Source: Auanema rhodensis (lineage: Eukaryota > Animalia > Nematoda). Taken from it: a DNA stretch of 64,000 nucleotides. Below are positions 56,822-64,000 of this stretch, piece after piece (within the stretch, counting starts at the first letter, position 1; the number at the start of each line of letters is the position of its first letter). The notes beneath the pieces are model-generated. The model saw only the letters and a program-made list of their open reading frames with translations, was not told the origin of the DNA and did not search any database. The stretch is taken from assembly GCA_964057225.1 (NCBI GenBank), contig OZ059898.1, forward strand, positions 15,128,001 to 15,192,000, read 5' to 3'. A program made the position numbers and the translations under genes.

Positions 56822-57346
56822 TACCGGGTATTTGTTAATCCATATTGTTTTTTTTTTAATTGCTCATTCCTGTTGATACCGTTGTTGCATTTTATTGTCT
56901 TCGTAATCTCAAAGGTGCCCGTATCTCGCCACATGTATCAGGGTACATCTGCGCCTGTTTTTATTAATTAAGTTTTATGGACTACGTTTGACAAGCTTGG
57001 CTCGTCAGCCAATTTTTAAAAAATTTTTTAGTCTCGTTTAGCTTCGGTTCATTGTTGATTCGAATTGTGCTAGCACAATAAAGTTGTAATATACGTAAAA
57101 CTTATTTATTGTGAACGGTCCAGCATAACAGCAAACAAGAATGAGGAAGGGTAATGGAATTGGCTAGGAGCTTTTATAAAAAATTAAATATAACTCAGAG
57201 ATCTCCACAGTATTAATTAAATATTATATAAACTTATTTAAAACGTAATAATGAAAATCCATACAAAATATAATTGATTATCCTTATGAATGAAACCTAG
57301 ATAAAACCGTACGAATTAGAAACCGTAAAAACGCATTGTGAGATGA

Positions 57347-58834
57347 TTAAACACGACAAGTTTCGTGAGCAGCATTGTTTCGGGGACCTCTTGGGTCAAA
57401 AACACAGGGGAGAAAGTCTTTCATTATTTTTCTGAAATAGTTTTGATTGTGATTCAGTATGAGACATACGCTAAACGAACCCGCAATGACGACAAGGTGT
57501 GTCAAAGACACTTTGATATCGAGCAAACATGTTCAATAAATTTGTGATATTATTCGGACTCCTGTAATAAAATGTTTGAAGAAACTAAAAAAAAACTACA
57601 TGTATACCATTTATGATCTGTATTAATAGCGCCCAACACAAGCTGTAAGTGAATATTTGCTTGTGAAGTCAACTTCTGATACACAATATATCTCGACTGC
57701 TTTGTTAAATCAACCTTAAAATTTAGCTTTAGTCTATAAAATTAAAAAAAACGGTAATACTCGACGAGATCCGAAGTCATCAAAATACGACCATTCTTCA
57801 TGAGGGGCAACAAATCGAACCATTTCAATTTGTCCGCAATTTTCAACTACAAGCATTTTTTGTTGTACAACATGCTGTCGCTCAACAATTAATCCGTATT
57901 TAATCTGGAAATATAGTAAATTGATTAGATAATACAAAGAAAATATATGAAATACTCACTTCAAAAATACAACCAAAAGCGGATCTCTCCAAAATGTTAG
58001 GCCACATCCCAAGTTTTTTTGTGTTCAATTCAGATTGTACTTGTCTCAATGCTTTCTCAAACGATGTATGAGGGGAAGTTTTTTCATCCCAGCGTGAGAC
58101 CTGAATTACAGCAAAAGAAATAATAATAAGAAGTTCAAAACGCACGGTTTGAAGCTTTTTTTCCATTAAAGACATTCTCTTCCGTCCCGCCAATCTCATT
58201 AATTCGGAAGAATAGTGGAAAAATTGCTGAAAAAATAAGTGTCTAATCATAACCAATAACCTAAATATACAAACCTGGTTACCCTCAACCCAATTTTGAG
58301 AATTTAAGAAATCTTCAAAAAGATCAGGTGTTTGATCATCTTGTATTATGACATCCTTTAAAAAAATATTAATTTTAGTAATATTTGAAGTGATTTACTG
58401 TGAATGTAGCTTGTAATCGTTTCATAGCTTCATTTGAAAAATTGGGCAGTTTATCCAATCTTTCCGGCATTTCTCGAAAGTAGTCTTCCAATTTACTGCA
58501 AAATTATTTTATAATAGCAACGCTTGAAATCCGTGTGCACAAACTTGAACCACTTTTCCACATTTCTGGTTTGAGAATCAAGGGATTGCTGGAACTTCTT
58601 ACAAGCTACCTCGTCGGTAGAGTCAGGAATATCAGCATGATAAAGCTAGACAAAATAATAAGCTTCCCATTATATCAAGCTTTCAAACCTTCTTCTGAAG
58701 CTCTATCATAGTACCTCTGATTGTTTTTACAAGCCATAAACCTAAAAAATCCAAATATAGTTGTTATCAATATAAAAATAATGTTTACATTGTTGGATCT
58801 TCGCAGCTTCTGATTCTTTGGTGCTTGATGCCAT
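57347..58834 (-). CDS. mdt-27: Mediator subunit MED27
   Basis: VRFVAPHEEW, QSRYIVYQKLT and the C-terminal zinc motif YQSVFDTPCRHCGKIMKDFLP...AHETC are typical of MED27. ATG directly follows a CTTAG acceptor. Confidence 0.8.
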
Positions 58835-59051
58835 CTAAGTAAATAAAAAAATTAAGAACAAAAAAAGAAACAAAGCGATAAATATGTTCATCATATCAGA
58901 GTCTAAATACTGCAGTTTACACATAATAACAAGGCTAAATTAATAAATAGTTTCACTTTCTTTACATATTGAACAAGTAGAAATATATGTCATAATGAAA
59001 TACCCGTAAAAGAGAACGAGGTTATCAAACAAATACATAATACAGAATATG

Positions 59052-60283
59052 CTACCACCGGTGAGTGTTTAAAGCTTTGCACATAGCCCGGTCATCCCAT
59101 GAAGAATCAACAATACAGCATGTCCATCTTAACATAAGTTATTACATTAACAAAGTCCAGGACGCGTACTACCTGCTTTCCTCAAGTTCGTCAAACCAAG
59201 CGTCACCGTTTTTAATTAATTCTTCGTTTGCTTCTTCAGCAGTAGGGTAACTGATAGCTAAATTTTTAAAGTTAAGCACAGTTTTTGAAAACTTTTATTT
59301 CACATGCTAATTCAGGCGGCTGGGGAGGTCCTGAAACTTCAACCGGAATTAAAGGTCTCATTGGTGGTGGCATCTGCATTGTTGATCCCATCATATGCAT
59401 GTCGTTCTGAGGAATCTTTCATGAGCAAGTATTGATGTAAATTGAATAAGATATACCAAGTAAGGCTGTTGGCCTTGAGTAATGTGACTTCTAGGAAGTC
59501 GCTGCTTGGCAGCTGCTAGCTTAAGTACAATCTCCCGACCTCGAACCTTAGTATGATTCATCTCAACCTGAAGAAATGCACAAATTAAGAAAATTCTTTT
59601 CCAATTCTTTTCTAACTAATGCTTGCTGCTGTTCAGTTTGATCACCAAATCTTACAAAACCTAATCCACGAGAACTACCGTCATGATTTCTATATACTTT
59701 AGCTCCACGACATGAAGGATATCTGTGACCGAAGACCTAAGTATAGATATGAATCACATAAATTTCAAAAAAATGTTTTTACATGATATAAATCTGCATC
59801 ATCGACATCTAACGCAAGGTTATTCGCAAACAAATTATATTCAATAGACCTAAGTTCAAAATCAAATCAAAATCAAACTAAATAGAGTTTCTTACGGTTG
59901 ACGAATGTCATTTGCAAATGAAAGATTGAAACGTATAGGAGGATCAGACCCGTGTATATCGGATCCATTAGCATGAAGCATAGCTTCTCTTGCAGCATTA
60001 CTATCGGTAAACTCCACAAAACAATATCCACTTGGCTAAATGAGCAAAGATGAGAATACTTCATGGGATCAAAAATAGAATCACATACTTGACCAGAATT
60101 TTTATCTGTGACCATTTTTACGCTCATCGGATCATGTCCAATATGCTAAAAAGGCTTTCTGAATACATTACTACAAAACCGAATTACTTTGAAAGCTCCG
60201 GCTACGAAGTCAGCATCCCAAGATTTTTTGAGATCACCCATCCATAGTGTCCTATGAGAATCAAGAGGATTCGTGTTTGACAT
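59052..60283 (-). CDS. TRNAU1AP/SECp43-like two-RRM RNA-binding protein
   Basis: RTLWMGDL, SGYCFVEF, RFNLSFA, EYNLFANNL, YPSCRGAKV, SRGLGFVRFGDQTEQQQALVEMN and C-terminal AEEANEELIKNGDAWFDELEESRW. Confidence 0.85.
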
Positions 60284-60783
60284 CTCTAAGATAAGGCTTG
60301 ACACTTATGTACTAATGAATTTCAAATTAGTTATATATTAACTATAAGAGCGATAACTCATCAATTTCAACACTGTGATAGAAATTAGTTTATTAAGACC
60401 GGTAAATATAGCATAGATAATCTAATAAATTAAGCTTCAAGATTATAAATAAAGATCTATAATCCACCACTAGATACCGAAAGTCGCGAAGAAAGTATCA
60501 CAACTAATTTTTTTAATTTGGCTGTTGATGTGGTAAAATACTCACAGAAACATAACAATTCCCATAAAAATAAGGAAATAAAATGAATAACCAGAATAGA
60601 TCACAAGATTTTAACAGGCCAATATGGAAAATACACAACTCTATCACCTGCAGATAAACCATAAATAAAACCAATTTAAAACAGAGAAAGTGACACTAAC
60701 CAAAATAAATTAACGATTGCAATAATCCAACACCTCAACTATAAAAAAAATCACACTTTTAATGACTAATTTAGATAATAAAT

Positions 60784-63700
60784 CTAATTGGTTGCATTTG
60801 CAGATTCATCTGTACCATGGACTGTTGGATTGGATTCTCCACTAAATGGATCAACAGAATCAGCGTTGTCTGAAAAAATATTCAATATAAAACTTGATAT
60901 CTTTAACAGATATACCTGGCATAGATGGAATGAATCCGAAAGAGGAGGGCATGCTAACAGTTGGAGGTACGGGAACAGGAACAGGTACATCCGGTGTATT
61001 AGCATTTCCAGATGTCACGAGAGGATTGAAATAACGAGATCCACCACTTCCTCTGGCAGCGCGTAATCCACCTCCTTGGAATGGAGGAGGAACTCCTGGG
61101 GCGGATTGCATAACAGAAGGTGGAGGAGCCGCAGCAGCAGCTTCCTCTTCAACGCCAGTTCCAACCCATTTATTAAGATTAGCATCCCACATAATCTACA
61201 AATAATATATCTGTAACTGAATAAGCATAAAATTAAGCTACCGAGGGATTTTTGTCATCTGGAAGAATCATGCTGTTCTGATCAGGTATAACCTTACTCA
61301 AGAGTTTTCCAATAAAGCCTCGACCACTTTTCTGTAAAAACATACTTTGAATATATGCATATACTTCCAGTAGTTCACCTTGTTCTGATCCGGCAATTTA
61401 TCTGCTGCCTTACTGGAAGTTGAAGGAGCTGGTTGTTGTTGAGGAGGATTTGAAGCAGCTGGGGGAACAGTAGAAGCTGAAGGAACTGGAGCTGCTGGAA
61501 CTGGAGCTGGCGTTGGCATGGGTGGCTAAATAACTCAAAATATTCAAAGAAAAAAAAGTATACATACTTGTTGAAACTGCTGAGGAGGTACTTGGTTAGG
61601 CATTCCTGGGTGAGGAAGCATATCTGCGTATTGAGCAGCATACTCGTTGTGATTTGGCTAAAACAGTTATATTAATTTTAGTCAAACAAAGTAGACTCAC
61701 AATTTGACGAACAGGAGTACTCTCTTGAGTCAAACTTTCTGGAGTATTAGTTTGTTCTGATGACTCCTGATCATATTGACTAGAGGAATACGGATCATAA
61801 CTTGAGAAAGCTTGTTGCTGATTTCGACATAATTGTTCACCATACTAAATTATATCAGATATTAAACTAAAAAAAAACAACAGAACAAACCGAAGAAGGA
61901 TTGAAACTATCTGATCTTTCCCTAGGAGTTGTATAATCTTGCATGTAGCTTTCATTATTTGCCGGAGTTGTTGCAGTATTGAGCGGGGCTTGAACAGGTG
62001 ATTTTGGAGTGATCTGAATAGGATCTTGTCGCGAACTGTGCCAATCATTAGCCTCAACAACTAATGATTCTGCTTTAGACCTAGAAAAAACACTATAAGT
62101 ACTGAAATAAAGATATATAATACCTTGTTGATGATATGCTAGCAGCTCGATCACGAGGAGATGAATTGCTATTAAACGCGGGAGATAAGGGAGATGTTAC
62201 TGCTTCCTGTTCTACCGGTTCTGGGGTTGGCTCTTGATAATAGTTTTGTGAAACTGGGGCAGAAGCAACTTCTGTTCCTTGTTCTTGAACAGTTGCAGAG
62301 TTATCATAATATTGTCCTTCATATGTTTGGGAAATCGTTTGATTATAATACTGTTGTCCACTCGACTGTGGCATTTGCAGAATAAGTTGACGAAGATTTT
62401 CAATCCATTCAACTTCATCAGCTTCGGCAGAGGCAGAATAACGCAAGCTATAATAAAGTTTACTTTTTGTGGTGATTCATAACATACCGGTCAGCAAGAT
62501 CAGCCAATTCTGTTAGTTCCTCAGCTGTGAGATTGTAATAGTATTGCCAAATTGAGGATGCAACTGACAAACAATATCTAAAAATATTGAAAACAACATC
62601 AGAAATATTGTGGAAAAAACTTGCCTGAAACTATCAGTGGTGAATCCTCCGAAGCTTGCAAGTAATTGAGCATATTGTAATCGTTTGCGCTGGTAGTTCA
62701 ATGATCTTTGGAGTGGGCTTTCCCTATGAGCAAGTTTAAGAGCATAATCGAAGATTTCAGTAGCATGAAGATCGGTTAAAGAAAATCTTAAAATTTTGCA
62801 AATAACAAACATGAAATAAAATCTTGAACAAACCCATATCGACATTGAGTTGATTCCCAGTCATCATCTGGAAGACTAGCATGGATGAGTGATATGTGGG
62901 TTCTGGCATCCCCCTCGCTATTAAAAAAAATAAAGAAATATGAGTTACACATTTAGCAAAAATACCAATTTTGAGCAGGTTGGAAAACATCAGCGTTGGA
63001 CAATAGAGCTACGGCCAACAGACAAAAATCGGCAGCAGCGTGATATTCTCTTTTAGCTAATACTAGTCCTAATCCGTGAACAGTGTGTCTGGCATGATCA
63101 GTATCAAGATTAGCCAAAACTATTGCAGCATGTGTACGCCAACTTCCAGTGTCATCAACAGGTGGATTGCTCTGGAAAAAAAATTTAGAAAAAAAAACTC
63201 AAGACTCGCGAACCAGAATAGGAGCAGGTTGTCCAGAGGAAACAGCCATGAGCGTCATGACAGGGTTGGTAGCCGGCCGAGTTGAAAGGAAACGAGTTTC
63301 TATATCGGAGAGCTTACGTATATCTCCTGGGAATAACCGTCTGGTCAACGCCATAGCATCAGCATAAAGTCCATCTTGTAAGGCACATTCAATAGCCTCT
63401 TCAACGTGACCACGGAGAAGGAACTGGGAGAATTTATCAAATCCGTTAGGATTGCTTATTTCTTCCCATCCAGACGACGCAGGTTTCGCGCTAGCGGGCG
63501 TAGTAGATTTGTCTCTGGTAACACTAGCTCTGCCATATGAAGATCCAGCAGCAATTAGTAACTTCGCTATGTCAGGTCCAGTTACTCTCTGAAAGTGTTA
63601 CTTAGTTTAAGAGACAAACTGAAAACCTACTCCTTGTTGTTGCACCAACATTTCCAACAATTGCCAAACAAGAAGACAGTCAACTACATCGTTGTCTTGA

Positions 63701-64000
63701 GGATTTTGAGTAGCAACGTCAGACATTTTAATCTTACTAATTTGTCGCTCGATGTACAACAACACGGAGTGGGAAGGTGTTTTTCCCACAATTAGAGGCC
63801 CTTGAATAAGTTAAATATATTTAGATGTAATATTCATAATTTCATACCTCTGAACATTTGAGCAGCATCGATAAGGCGCTTGCTCTCGTTGTCTTTCAAA
63901 ACTTTCTTAACATCATCAATATGGACAGTTGAAACAGATAATTCTGGCTGAACAGTGATCATTTTTCCTCCTGGTCCGAAAGTAACGAAAGCATGAGGTG
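60784..64000 (-). CDS. sec-16: Sec16 COPII scaffold protein, 5' end outside window
   Basis: FVTFGPGGK, FKGPLIVGKT, GLYADAMAL, WRTHAAIVLANL, AAADFCLL, LHATEIFDYA and C-terminal LPDDKNPSIMWDANLNKWV. Confidence 0.9.

Noticed and set aside
59052-60283. Selenoprotein system suggested by the SECp43-like gene
   Set aside because: No in-frame TGA at a conserved Cys position, no SECIS and no tRNA-Sec seen in the window.
62869-62880. TGGAAGACTAG (miR-7-like), plus TACCCGTA at ~59001 and GAGGTAG at ~14874
   Set aside because: Seed-length matches only, with no precursor hairpin. The first lies antisense within sec-16 coding sequence.

Overview
AT-rich, intron-dense eukaryotic DNA from a rhabditid (clade V-like) nematode. 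Evidence: short ~45-55 nt introns, TTTCAG-type acceptors directly before start codons (trans-splicing style), operon-like spacing and a nematode-type tRNA-Glu. Gene models were spliced by hand, so exon boundaries are approximate and family calls come from recognised motifs, not database searches. Gene order: cst-1/Hippo kinase (5' part missing), ELP6-like, rpl-16, DGCR6-like, GMP reductase, BTB/KCTD protein, ammonium transporter, pdi-6, rps-5, tmc-2 (with an intronic tRNA-Glu), a two-domain EndoU (endu-2) whose 5.8 kb intron holds an antisense KCNQ channel (kqt-2-like), a four-TM protein, ~8 kb of apparent non-coding DNA, AGFG1-type ArfGAP, fis-2, an unknown gene, mdt-27, TRNAU1AP/SECp43-like and sec-16 (5' part missing). 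The most striking unannotated signal is in the 8 kb gap: a spliced 52-57 aa Cys/Asp/Pro-rich small ORF with two alternative, phase-matched first exons. It appears to share an exon with the start codon of the four-TM gene, making it a candidate uORF or bicistronic microprotein system. Several structured-RNA candidates, an ERSE-like element and three GC-AG introns are also reported.
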